Below, in pieces: positions 1-10,661 of a stretch of DNA of 47,497 bases. The notes beneath the pieces are model-generated. The model saw only the letters and a program-made list of their open reading frames with translations, was not told the origin of the DNA and did no database searches. Each line of letters opens with the position of its first letter. The first letter of the stretch is position 1. The stretch comes from Desulfatiglandales bacterium (GTDB lineage: Bacteria; Desulfobacterota; DSM-4660; Desulfatiglandales; HGW-15): NCBI GenBank assembly GCA_030145585.1, contig JAQYVK010000066.1, positions 1 to 47,497 on the forward strand, in the 5' to 3' direction. The position numbers were made by a program, and so were the translations under genes.

Positions 1-251
1 AATTCCTGATGCTTCATTTTCTGTGCTTCCAAACCGGGGTAACTTTGTTCCGCCATGTGCTTCTCTTCAACCGAGAAATGGTAATCGGCATACTCGGAGA
101 GAAACTCAAGCGTCTTTGAGATCTCACGTTCACCGATGTTGGCTTCAATAGCAACAGATACATCATTTAACCTTTTGATTAAAGCCTTATGCTGTTCGTC
201 AATCAGCTGTATACCAATCGACAAGCTCTTATCCCACTCTATTTTTTCCAT
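1..251 (-). CDS. hemerythrin-like metal-binding protein (bacteriohemerythrin); C-terminal part cut by window edge
   Basis: Hand translation of the minus strand from ATG 251..249 gives MEKIEWDKSLSIGIQLIDEQHKALIKRLNDVSVAIEANIGEREISKTLEFLSEYADYHFSVEEKHMAEQSYPGLEAQKMKHQE, open to position 1. The W..S.G..ID.QH ... HF..EE pattern is the hemerythrin signature. It is missing from the ORF track because it runs off the edge. Confidence 0.85.
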   Translation of the reverse strand, partial: MEKIEWDKSLSIGIQLIDEQHKALIKRLNDVSVAIEANIGEREISKTLEFLSEYADYHFSVEEKHMAEQSYPGLEAQKMKHQE

Positions 252-329
252 ATGTTACATCTCCTGAAGGATTTGTTTTTATTATTAAGAATTGCTTTTC
301 TGCCACATCCCTTGCATCTGAATCCCATC

Positions 330-381
330 ATTATACCAGAAGTGGTTTCAAAACTATCAATCAGGTTTTGAAACCACTTCT
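330..381 (-). promoter_or_regulatory. extended -10 (TGGTATAAT on minus strand, 338..330) abutting a perfect 17-bp inverted repeat (338-354 / 365-381, 10-nt loop); putative promoter/operator of the hemerythrin gene and/or stem-loop ending the upstream nuclease transcript
   Basis: AGAAGTGGTTTCAAAAC-N10-GTTTTGAAACCACTTCT read directly. TGnTATAAT lies about 80 nt upstream of the ATG at 251. There is no U-run after the hairpin on either strand. Confidence 0.4.
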
Positions 382-477
382 AAGTACCGTAACAAATGAA
401 CTGGCTGAAGACAAGCCCAGATCATTCATTAGTAGGGCCATAGAGAGGGTGTGGTTATGGTTGAGAGCTGATTCCGG

Positions 478-852
478 TCAAGACACCCTATGGACTTCGA
501 AGCGCACAGCCCCCTCTTCGACCATCCTTTTTATGGTTCTCTGCCGCTGGGAAAGCTGAGAGCCTGCTGCCTTAAACTCAATCAGTACAACAGCGTCCTC
601 CGTGAACTGGACACCATCAATGGGCGTGCCCAAGAATCTGAAGTCGTGTGGATCATATGGATAGGATTCCAAGAAAGGCATGAACTGCTCGGTCAACTTG
701 CCGTAGCGAATCGACTGAGAGCGTTTCTGTTTGTCGAGTTCTGTAATGGAGACAGATTTCTCAGCAAGCTTCTGCCTCGAGTAGCGTAGAAGCAGGAAAA
801 GTATGATACAAACCACGAATAAAAAGAGTATTATCCATCCTTCAAGTTGCAT
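478..852 (-). CDS. membrane-anchored Holliday-junction-resolvase-like endonuclease (Endonuc_Holl / COG4741-type)
   Basis: 124 aa with an N-terminal TM helix (WIILFLFVVCIILFLLL). It continues GKLTEQFMPFLESYPYDPHDFRFLGTPIDGVQF...VLIEFKAAGSQLSQRQRTIKRMVEEG, which matches the family pattern G.l.E...P...y...D.rflG.PiD...F....i.f.E.K.g.s.Ls..Q. Confidence 0.65.
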   Translation of the reverse strand: MQLEGWIILFLFVVCIILFLLLRYSRQKLAEKSVSITELDKQKRSQSIRYGKLTEQFMPFLESYPYDPHDFRFLGTPIDGVQFTEDAVVLIEFKAAGSQLSQRQRTIKRMVEEGAVRFEVHRVS

Positions 853-971
853 ATTCCAACCTCACGGCCGATTTTTCTTATGTGTGAATTTGGTCCCTAA
901 TTTCTTTGGTCCAAATGGAATCTTAACGGAAATTTTGGAAAGAGCATGTGCCTTTCTGAAAGAACGGGGGA

Positions 972-1727
972 TCAGGGTTTTAATGAAGGGACCTTTTTTA
1001 TGCAGCGAAATCCAAGCCAGTGTGCTCCGTTGGTGGTGTCTTCGGGAGTCCAACGACAAGTGATCCTTACAAAGGTAGCAGAACCTAGAAAACATCCTCC
1101 TCTCATGGGCAGATGATCCTCTACCCATTGACCTTCGCACATTTCCCACACATTGCCGCACATATCGTAGCACCCGTATGGGCTCACCCCTTTGTCGAAG
1201 GTGCCGATTTCCGAGGTTCTCTCTATGCCGTATTCTCTCGAATTGCATCCGTCAGGGATAAATTCATGGCCCCACGCCCAGAGGCGACCATCTGTTCCGC
1301 GTCCCGCTTTCTCCCATTCAGCCTCGGTCGGCAAAGCTTTGCCCGCCCAACCGGCATAGGCCCTTGCATCGTCCCATCCGACAAAAACAACGGGCTGCAT
1401 GGGCTTCCCCCATGAAGGGTGATCCCACAGCCATGGCTCCCTGTGGCCGGTGTCATCAACGAATTTACGATATTGGAAATTAGTCACCGGGTATCGATCG
1501 ATGAAGTAGGACTCAAGGGTCAAGTCCTGAGTCGGCGTTTCCGTGACAAAAATGGGATTCTCTCTTTGATCCAGCATGAGGATCTGAAGAAGTTCTTCCT
1601 GGGTTATTCCCATGGTAAATGGGCCCTCCGGCACCAACACCATCTCAGCCCCGTCAATGGGTGAGATAAGGTTGTCTGGTATGGGGCCGGAACCCAACTC
1701 ACTGCCGATATCCCATTTATTGTTCAT
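972..1727 (-). CDS. formylglycine-generating enzyme (FGE/SUMF1) fold domain protein
   Basis: Motifs read: RYPVTNFQYRKF, VVFVGWDDARAYAGWAGKALPTEAEWEKA, SPYGCYDMCGNVWEMC, RGGCF. Start moved from the track's TTG (1742) to ATG 1727, which has GGAG 9 nt upstream. Confidence 0.8.
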   Translation of the reverse strand: MNNKWDIGSELGSGPIPDNLISPIDGAEMVLVPEGPFTMGITQEELLQILMLDQRENPIFVTETPTQDLTLESYFIDRYPVTNFQYRKFVDDTGHREPWLWDHPSWGKPMQPVVFVGWDDARAYAGWAGKALPTEAEWEKAGRGTDGRLWAWGHEFIPDGCNSREYGIERTSEIGTFDKGVSPYGCYDMCGNVWEMCEGQWVEDHLPMRGGCFLGSATFVRITCRWTPEDTTNGAHWLGFRCIKKVPSLKP

Positions 1728-1887
1728 GATAGGACACTCCAATGAAGAGAAACTCTTAAAGGAAAGGGGATTGGGATACTTCTGCTCTCCAGTTGGAAGA
1801 GACTTTTTTGCTGAAGGTCTCCTTCAGCCGGACAGCGGCCGTCCTTTTCGGACGGCAGACGAAGCCCTGACCTTCGGTCGGGGTATG

Positions 1888-2718
1888 TCACTCTCCATTG
1901 GGATGGAGACTTACGGCCATAAATCGGCCTTTCCTATAAATCTTGGCCTTCACGGTGGTCTTGCCCTTTTCCAGGGCAAGTCTTACTGAGGTGACATCAT
2001 CAGCAGGTCCCTCGTCCACCGCAACAAAGATGTCGCCTCTTTCCAGACCGTCCTGTTCGGCAGGGCTCCCTTGCCGGACATCGGAGACCAGGGTTCCCTC
2101 TGTCGAATCAAAGGAAAAGGCTTGGGACAATGACGGGGTAAGATTTTGAAGGGTTAAGCCGTAATGTTCCTCGATCTTTTTTTCTTCAGCAAGGGGCATG
2201 GCTTTGTCTTTAAACAAATCCCTTGAAACAAATAAGGGGGCCTTGAACTTTAGCGCCACAACGATCGAATCGCTCGGTCTGGCATCGATCTCAGTGAAGG
2301 TTCCTGCCACCTCCATCCGGATCTTCGCATAGTAAATGTTTTCCTTGAGTTGGGTGATGACGATTTGATGGATCGTGGCATGGGTTTTCTGGATAATCCT
2401 CTCGAGCAGGTCGTGTGTGAGTGGACGTCGGTGCTTGATACCTTCCATTTCCGAATGGATGGCATTGGCCTCAAAACTGTCGATCCAAATGGGCAGAGCA
2501 CGCTCCTCGACGGAGTCAGCGAGTATGACCACGGGGTGTTGACTGACCGGATCCAGAATGAGCCGGTAGACTGTTACAGGGAGGAGTTTGCTCTTTTCGG
2601 AACCAGGTGACAGATCCATCCCTGCTCCCGCTTCCCCGAGAGGGTTAATAAAGGCAGCGAAACAGAGTCCGATTGTGACGATCAATCCCAGGGTTTTCAA
2701 CTTACCAAAAACGCCCAT
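1888..2718 (-). CDS. bifunctional nuclease (BFN, DNase/RNase, DUF151) fused to a C-terminal PDZ domain, with N-terminal signal/anchor
   Basis: BFN core: PVVILAD..ERALPIWIDSFEANAI....G....RPLTHDLL...IDARPSDSIVVALKFKAPLFV. PDZ-like tail: LVSDVRQGSPAEQDGLERGDIFVAVDEG. Start set at ATG 2718 (MGVFGKLKTLGLIVTIGLCFAAF) with AGGAGG upstream; the longer track ORF has no RBS. Confidence 0.8.
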   Translation of the reverse strand: MGVFGKLKTLGLIVTIGLCFAAFINPLGEAGAGMDLSPGSEKSKLLPVTVYRLILDPVSQHPVVILADSVEERALPIWIDSFEANAIHSEMEGIKHRRPLTHDLLERIIQKTHATIHQIVITQLKENIYYAKIRMEVAGTFTEIDARPSDSIVVALKFKAPLFVSRDLFKDKAMPLAEEKKIEEHYGLTLQNLTPSLSQAFSFDSTEGTLVSDVRQGSPAEQDGLERGDIFVAVDEGPADDVTSVRLALEKGKTTVKAKIYRKGRFMAVSLHPNGE

Positions 2719-3051
2719 GACGTCATGCCTCCTTTCAATGAATGACACTATGCATGATTTTGACCAGCGTAGCTTAAGAATAATAGATTCCATCAAATAT
2801 TGCTACTGATTGAGGGATTTTTTGGGGTAATTCTTATTCAGCCTATTGGAATCTTACCATTTTTCATTCATAGTTCAAGTGGAAGATCACCCGGAAAAAG
2901 TCCTGCTTAAAATAAATAAAGTAACTGTTTAATATCTTTAGTATTTTTGTTGTAATCCTTGGGGAACTTTTTGAATCAAAACATGCTTTAGGCTATGAGA
3001 GGTTGTCGGAGGGATGAATAGGGCCCCTAGATGATGGCAGCGTTTCATGAA

Positions 3052-3080
3052 TTGACGCAGATGGCACTTTTCCATATACT
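3052..3080 (+). promoter_or_regulatory. sigma70-type promoter candidate for the phosphohexomutase gene (TTGACG-17-TATACT)
   Basis: TTGACG at 3052-3057, 17-nt spacer, TATACT at 3075-3080, about 70 nt upstream of ATG 3153. Confidence 0.5.
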
Positions 3081-3152
3081 TTTTTATGCGACTTCGACAG
3101 AATGAATGGTGAGCCGGGATCTCGTCATAAATCAGGAAGGGGACAAAACACT

Positions 3153-5219
3153 ATGAAAGATAAGATTCTTTCCGATCAAAAAAACCCATCTTCTCCTAAA
3201 GAGATAGAGATCGGCATGAATACCGATGTTTCCATCCCTTCCAACCAGGCCGTAAAGATCACTTATTCAAAAGATTTTTTCGAAAATCATGGTCTTTTCA
3301 GGTGGGTGTCTGAATTTAAACTGGGCACCGCGGGATACAGAGACACCATTAATCTGACCGATTTATACAAAACGGACGCCCCCTATAACGCCCATACCAT
3401 TATGATGATTGCTGAGGCTATGGCAAGGATATATGAAAGAAGAGGGTATGGTTCCATCCATTTAGGTGGGGAAGTTCGCAAGTTCACCCGGGAGATTATC
3501 CAACTTATAAGCAGAATTTTCGCGGCTCACCGCATAAGTGTGCATCTCCATTCTGATAAGGGAACCACGCCCATATGGGCATCTTCTTTCGGTGTGTTCT
3601 ATAATGAATTGGACGGCGGCGCCAACGTTACTGCGAGCCACTCTCAAAACTTTAAACAGGGTTTTAAGCCAATAGACGAAAAGGGCATGCAACTTCTCAG
3701 TATGGCAGATGAGATCAGAGATGAGGTAAAAAAAATTGGAGAAGAAGCCATGGCCGGCCGCTACTCGATTAACCTCAGTGCAGATCCATCCCCAAATATA
3801 AAGAAAGATTTTCATTATCTCGATGCTTACGCCGACTATCTTAAAGACATCGTCCCTGAAGAGGCATTCTTACTGATAAAAAGGGCCCAGGAAGCCGGCA
3901 TGAAGGTGGGGGTTTCAACAATGGGAGGGAGTATGCATGAAAACTCCGTGCCCATATTTAAGCATTTTGGGATCAGTGCAGGAACCGATGGCATGATCCA
4001 GTATGTCCACTGGGAAAAGAGGGATGATTTCCACAGGGTGGGGGAAATCGATGGTGAAAATTATGGATGCGATCCGGCAAAACCGATCATTTACCGAAAT
4101 ATCGGTCTGAAGGAAAAACTCCTTACAGGGGAAATCGATTTCGGGTTCATATGGGATCCGGACGGTGATCGCTACAATATGGTTACCGTGGCTGATGCAA
4201 CCATAGCCTCTAAAGCAGAGGAAATCGGCTTGGAAGTGGAAAAGATGCAAGGCATGGACAGGTGTATCGTCTACTTCAAGCCAAATCAGATTTACTTTAT
4301 CAACACCGCCCTGAAGTTAGAAATGATTGCCCGGAGCGGCGAACTCTTTCAATATGACTGGGTGATCAGTACCACCTATCCAACTTCAAAATCCATTGGT
4401 GAACTTACCGAAATATTTAACCGAAGATATGCAAACGAATTTGCCAAGCATGGAACCAAACTACGTCTGTTTAGGACACCCGTAGGGTTTAAGCATTTGG
4501 GTAACATGGTGAGCACGATCGAACGTCAATTGAGTGAAGGCAAAGGCGAGGTTATGCTGGAAGATACAACCGGTGAGGAGATCAGCCTTGGTAGAAAACC
4601 GCGAATCCTTATCTTGGCGGAAGAATCGGGTGGTGCGGCCATGGGGGGGACGGAGTGGATAAGGAGCAAGAACGGCAAGAGAGAAAGCCTGTCGATGAAA
4701 GAAAAGGACGGCATGCAGATTGCCCTGATGAACCTGAGTATCATGGGGAAACTATTTATTGAAAGGAAATCATACACGCAGCTCTATATCGAGAAAATCG
4801 AGGAGTATGACATTCAATACCGGTATTACTATAGGATTGATAAGAAACTTTTTGATGAGTCCCTCACCGGGAAGGCCAGGGGGGATGCCAGAGAAATAGG
4901 AAACCGGGCCAAAGATTTCATGGTGGAGACTTTCAAGTCCCTTACAGAAGGAAAAACCATGGGTCAGGTCAGTAGGGAACTCCGAAAAATGACCGGTAAT
5001 CAAATCCCCATCCCGGAAGTAAAGCGGATTTTTTGGGCCGGGGACGGGACATATATAGATTTTGGGAAATTCTGGTTTGAGTTGAGGGCCTCGGGAACGG
5101 ATGCGGTCCTTCGATTCTATATCGAGGGCAAGGAGAAAGAGGTCCTCGAAGCGGTCAATAACGCTTTTGTTGGCATTGCAGATGAAAAAATCATGGCTTT
5201 GTCAAGCCGCCGAGATTGA
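3153..5219 (+). CDS. alpha-D-phosphohexomutase family protein (phosphoglucomutase/phosphomannomutase-like), unusually long
   Basis: Four family loops are present: GANVTASHSQN (phosphoserine loop), IWDPDGDRYNMV (metal loop), AEESGGAAMGG (sugar loop) and RASGTDAVLRFYIEG (phosphate loop). ATG 3153 is preferred over 3102 because of GGAAGGGGA upstream. Confidence 0.8.
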   Translation: MKDKILSDQKNPSSPKEIEIGMNTDVSIPSNQAVKITYSKDFFENHGLFRWVSEFKLGTAGYRDTINLTDLYKTDAPYNAHTIMMIAEAMARIYERRGYGSIHLGGEVRKFTREIIQLISRIFAAHRISVHLHSDKGTTPIWASSFGVFYNELDGGANVTASHSQNFKQGFKPIDEKGMQLLSMADEIRDEVKKIGEEAMAGRYSINLSADPSPNIKKDFHYLDAYADYLKDIVPEEAFLLIKRAQEAGMKVGVSTMGGSMHENSVPIFKHFGISAGTDGMIQYVHWEKRDDFHRVGEIDGENYGCDPAKPIIYRNIGLKEKLLTGEIDFGFIWDPDGDRYNMVTVADATIASKAEEIGLEVEKMQGMDRCIVYFKPNQIYFINTALKLEMIARSGELFQYDWVISTTYPTSKSIGELTEIFNRRYANEFAKHGTKLRLFRTPVGFKHLGNMVSTIERQLSEGKGEVMLEDTTGEEISLGRKPRILILAEESGGAAMGGTEWIRSKNGKRESLSMKEKDGMQIALMNLSIMGKLFIERKSYTQLYIEKIEEYDIQYRYYYRIDKKLFDESLTGKARGDAREIGNRAKDFMVETFKSLTEGKTMGQVSRELRKMTGNQIPIPEVKRIFWAGDGTYIDFGKFWFELRASGTDAVLRFYIEGKEKEVLEAVNNAFVGIADEKIMALSSRRD

Positions 5220-5448
5220 AGTGTCTCTGGGCTGTCCGTCACCAGAATGTCCCGCCCGTTAGGGCGGGGAGAACCTTTGTGCTTTGCAAGAGACTGAGTG
5301 GCGAAGGAGGGCTTAAGGCTATGGAGAGTTACGCCATCCTTGTCAGGCTTCCCCGCGTGGGAAGGCGGGGAAGCTCCACTTTGGACCTTGAAAAATAAGT
5401 TGCCCTCTGGTAGCTTTTCCAAAACTTGTTAAAAGAAGAGGCCGATGA

Positions 5449-6923
<1,475 letters not shown>

Positions 6924-6924
<1 letters not shown>

Positions 6925-8480
6925 TGGCGAACAATATTTATGAAGAGAAGATATTGATCCTGGATTTTGGATCTCAATATACCCAGCTGATCGCAAGAAG
7001 GGTACGTGAGACCCAGGTCTATTGCGAGATCCATCCATTCAATTTAAGCCTTCAAGACATCAAGGCCTTTTCCCCAAATGGGATTATCCTTTCGGGGGGG
7101 CCCTCCAGCATATACGACAGAGATGCACCCATGCCGGACCGTGCTATTCTTGATCTTGATGTACCTATACTAGGGATCTGTTACGGTATGCAATATCTCA
7201 CCCATATCCTGGGAGGAGAGGTCGCGAAGGCTGAAGACAGAGAGTACGGCCGCGCCGTCATCAAGATCGAAGACATCCGAGATTTGTTCCAGGGCTTTAC
7301 GCTTCAGGATGAGGAAATGGCCTGGATGAGTCATGGCGACCGAATCGATCGGATGCCGGATGGCTTCTCTCTACTCGCCGGCAGCGTCAACAGTCCTTTT
7401 GCCGCGATGGCGGATACCGGGAGAAGAATTTTCGGTGTTCAATTTCACCCTGAAGTAGCGCACACTCCGAAGGGATATAAAATATTAAAAAATTTCCTTT
7501 TTAAGATCTGTGGTTGCCGACCTTTGTGGAACATGCGTTCTTTTGTAGAACGAACCATTATGAAATTGAGAGAAGAGATTGGAGATGACCGGATCATTTG
7601 CGGGCTCTCTGGTGGCGTCGACTCTTCTGTAACGGCGGTTTTGTTGCACCAGGCCGTCGGATCCCAATTGTCCTGCATCTTCGTGGACAACGCTCTCTTG
7701 AGAAGGGGAGAGAGCCAGGAAGTCATGGATCTCTTTCGGGGACACTACAATATGGATTTCCATCTGGTGGACGCCTCCGAACGTTTTCTTCGGCATCTTA
7801 AGGGGGTAACAGACCCTGAAGAAAAGAGAAAGATTATTGGGAGAGAATTCATCCGTGTCTTTGAAAAAAAGGCAGGGGAATTGGGGAAGGTAAAATTCCT
7901 GGCACAAGGAACTTTGTACCCGGATGTTATTGAAAGCGTTTCCTTTAAAGGACCGTCGGCAACTATCAAGAGTCACCATAATGTGGGTGGGCTTCCGGAA
8001 ATCATGAAACTGGACCTGATCGAACCCCTCCGAGAATTGTTCAAAGATGAAGTCAGACAGGTCGGGGTCGAGCTTGGTCTCCCGCGGGAACTCGTTATGC
8101 GCCAACCTTTTCCAGGCCCTGGTTTGGCCGTCAGAATTTTAGGAGAAATCACCCCTGAAAGGCTGGAGATCTTGAGGTCCGCCGATGTCATCCTCTTGGA
8201 AGAGATATGGAAGGCTGATCTTTACGAAAAGGTATGGCAGTCTTTTGCGGTACTGTTGCCCATAAGGACCGTGGGAGTTATGGGTGATTCGAGAACCTAC
8301 GAAAATGTCGTCGCGATTCGGATTGTTGACAGCCTGGATGCCATGACCGCTGATTGGACCCGGGTTCCCTACGATGTTTTGGCCAGGGTCTCCAATAGGA
8401 TTATCAACAACGTGAGGGGCGTAAACCGGGTCGTTTACGATATATCGTCCAAACCACCCAGCACGATTGAATGGGAGTAA
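6924..8480 (+). CDS. guaA: GMP synthase (glutamine-hydrolysing)
   Basis: GATase domain (GICYGMQ, HPEV), ATP-PPase SGGVDSS, C-terminal KPPSTIEWE. Its ATG overlaps the guaB TAA by 1 nt. Confidence 0.97.
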
Positions 8481-8489
8481 AATAAACCA

Positions 8490-8512
8490 CCATCCCGAAA
8501 CGGGATGGCTTT
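8490..8512 (+). terminator. short stem-loop after guaA (CCATCCCG-AAA-CGGGATGG then CTTT)
   Basis: 8-bp GC-rich stem 10 nt after the guaA stop. The U-run is weak. Confidence 0.35.
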
Positions 8513-8513
8513 A

Positions 8514-8715
8514 GGGTTCAAGGGTCCCAGGATTCCAGGGGTCCAGTGGAAGGAGTAGGCAGGCAACCGAAGGAAAGCCTGCCGGAAAGCAATGGGAAGA
8601 ATGACATGGAACTGGAAAATATCGAAAAATTGATATGGAAAAGCGATAGCAGTTCTTTCACTTGAACCCTCGAATCTTGCCCGCCGTTTTTCTGGCGGGC
8701 CGGCCCCTTGAATCC
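8514..8715. repeat. family-A repeat pair (GGGTTCAAGGG..GGATTCCAGGGG / ..GCCCGCC-loop-GGCGGGC..CCCCTTGAATCC) in inverted orientation around about 100 bp of unique DNA; MITE-like
   Basis: Left end 8514-8558, right end 8659-8715, read directly. The same motifs recur at 14960, 15167, 22102, 32604, 34417 and 34780. Confidence 0.7.
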
Positions 8716-8848
8716 TTTATCGAAATTCAAACTCAAGTCTTCACCTAAAGGCGAAGGTTTTTTCCCATTCCCCGAATAGGACAATAAAAGGACACATTTC
8801 AATAAAATACAACCAAAAGATGGATAAAAGAGAGCATTAAAAAATTTT

Positions 8849-8877
8849 TTGACCTATCTTTCTATACATGATAGAAT
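8849..8877 (+). promoter_or_regulatory. sigma70-type promoter candidate for the FHA-GAF gene (TTGACC-17-TAGAAT)
   Basis: TTGACC 8849-8854, 17-nt spacer, TAGAAT 8872-8877, 50 nt upstream of GTG 8928. Confidence 0.55.
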
Positions 8878-8927
8878 ATTAGAAATATCAATCGAGGTAT
8901 AACTGTTAACATTAAGGATAATCAATT

Positions 8928-9851
8928 GTGACCAAGCTACGAATCATGAGTGGAACCAGTAAGGGGCAGACCTTCGATCTGAAGGATGGGATCTACACGA
9001 TCGGACGTTCCCCTGACAATAATATTCAGGTATTGGACAAGACGGTGTCCCGCAAGCATCTCAAAATTTTCAGGAAGAAGAATGAATATTTTATCGAAGA
9101 CTTGAAGAGTAGAAACGGTACCTTTGTAAATGGGGCACGTGTACAAGCGGGTGATGAAATTGAGGTAAAAAAAGGCGTTCCACTTGCAGTGGGGCGAATC
9201 TTTCTCCATCTCAGCGGAGATTACGAAGAGGAGGGTGTGGTCGACAAAAAGTTACAGGCACTAGATTCGATCGATCTTTCAAAAGAATTGGGAAATGGCA
9301 ACGCCGAGCTTGTCAAAGACCGACCCATGACTCCTCAAAAAAACATGAGTTTGATCGGTAAGGTCAATGATGTCTTGAGGGAGGCCTTAGGGATAAATGA
9401 GATCTTGGAACAAATGTTAAATTATATCCTGGATTTTTTCACAAGAATTGACCGAGGGTTTTTCATACTGTTTGATCAGGAGACCGAGAAAATCAAAGAG
9501 GTCATAAAGGTATTTAACCGGGATGAAGATGAGGTTCCTTCACGATACAGCCGGACCATTGTGGATCGGGTGCGACGAGAGAAAAAACCGGTCCTTATGT
9601 TAGACACGCTGAATGAGGAGAGCGCAGAAATCTCGGAAAGCATGAAATTAATGAGAATCAAGTCGGTCATGTGTGTCCCTCTGATCAGCAGATCCAAAAT
9701 CCGTGGCGTCATCTATGTGGACACCGTTAACGAACCAAACGGATTTCGAAAAGATGACCTTTCTCTCCTCACGGCGTTGAGCAGCCCTACGGCCGTTGTC
9801 ATTGAAAGCGCTATACTGGCTTTAACAAAAGAGAAACCTCAGAAATCCTAA
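8928..9851 (+). CDS. FHA domain - GAF domain protein
   Basis: N-terminus has the FHA pattern YTIGRSPDNNIQVLDKTVSRKHLKIF...FIEDLKSRNGTFVNG. C-terminus is GAF-like (IKSVMCVPLISRSKIRGVIYVD...FRKDDLSLLTAL). GTG start with AAGGA 9 nt upstream. Confidence 0.8.
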   Translation: MTKLRIMSGTSKGQTFDLKDGIYTIGRSPDNNIQVLDKTVSRKHLKIFRKKNEYFIEDLKSRNGTFVNGARVQAGDEIEVKKGVPLAVGRIFLHLSGDYEEEGVVDKKLQALDSIDLSKELGNGNAELVKDRPMTPQKNMSLIGKVNDVLREALGINEILEQMLNYILDFFTRIDRGFFILFDQETEKIKEVIKVFNRDEDEVPSRYSRTIVDRVRREKKPVLMLDTLNEESAEISESMKLMRIKSVMCVPLISRSKIRGVIYVDTVNEPNGFRKDDLSLLTALSSPTAVVIESAILALTKEKPQKS

Positions 9852-10651
9852 TCCTTTCCCACAGGCTTTATATCTCCGGCCGACGGGTCGGTGCCCTCCA
9901 TCCCACCACCTTTTCGCATCTTTTCCAATTGCTTCGTATACCAGTCTATTTGGCGACAGACCCCACGAATAACTTTCACCTCCCTTGCCCGTAAGGGGAG
10001 GCGGGAGAGAAACCGGCGGATGTTGAGCATCCAGTGTTCAGGATTTTGTGGGTCGATAAATCCGATCTTTAGGAAGACATCCTTGAGATGCTTGTACATC
10101 CCCTCCAATTCAAACGTGTTTGCCAGTCGAGGGGGGGATTCGAGAGGCTTTGCCGTGCCGGTTATAAAGAGTTCATAGCAGACAATCATCACGGCTTGGG
10201 CAAGGTTAAGGGAGGAAAAGCGTGCAGTAGGTATGGTGGCAATGGTGTGGCAATAGCGCAGCTGTTCGTTAGAGAGCCCCCGGTCTTCGGGTCCGAAAAG
10301 GATCGCAACCCTGTTATTCTGAGAGATGCCGAGCAGTTCCATGGCCAGGCGCCGCGGATTTGTCATGGCCGGCCGGTGTGCACCCAGTCGGGCCGTTGTC
10401 CCCACAACATATTGGAATGGTCCCATAGCCTCAATCAAGTCATCATAAACCTCCATATTTTCAACGAGGTCAATGGAACTACCGGTGGCCGTCTTAAGCA
10501 CACGTGACAGATCACAATTGCTCGGATTTACCAACACCAACCGCGTGAGACCCATATTGTTCATAGCTCGCGCGACCGAACCAATGTTTTCAGGAATTTG
10601 TGCCTCCACCAGGAAGATGGCGATGTGGTCAGGGTTTACGATACTCTCCAT
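9848..10651 (-). CDS. trmJ: SpoU/TrmH-family RNA 2'-O-methyltransferase, TrmJ-like
   Basis: IPENIGSVARAMNNMG, VAILFGPEDRGLSNEQL, IPT....SLNLAQAVMIVCYEL. Its stop overlaps the convergent FHA-GAF stop. Confidence 0.85.
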   Translation of the reverse strand: MESIVNPDHIAIFLVEAQIPENIGSVARAMNNMGLTRLVLVNPSNCDLSRVLKTATGSSIDLVENMEVYDDLIEAMGPFQYVVGTTARLGAHRPAMTNPRRLAMELLGISQNNRVAILFGPEDRGLSNEQLRYCHTIATIPTARFSSLNLAQAVMIVCYELFITGTAKPLESPPRLANTFELEGMYKHLKDVFLKIGFIDPQNPEHWMLNIRRFLSRLPLRAREVKVIRGVCRQIDWYTKQLEKMRKGGGMEGTDPSAGDIKPVGKD

Positions 10652-10661
10652 ACTGATTCAT

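Noticed and set aside
8518-8802. 94-aa ORF in the guaA / FHA-GAF spacer.
   Set aside because: It is a read-through translation of the family-A repeats (GGATTCAAGG, GC hairpins), with no RBS and no protein-like composition.
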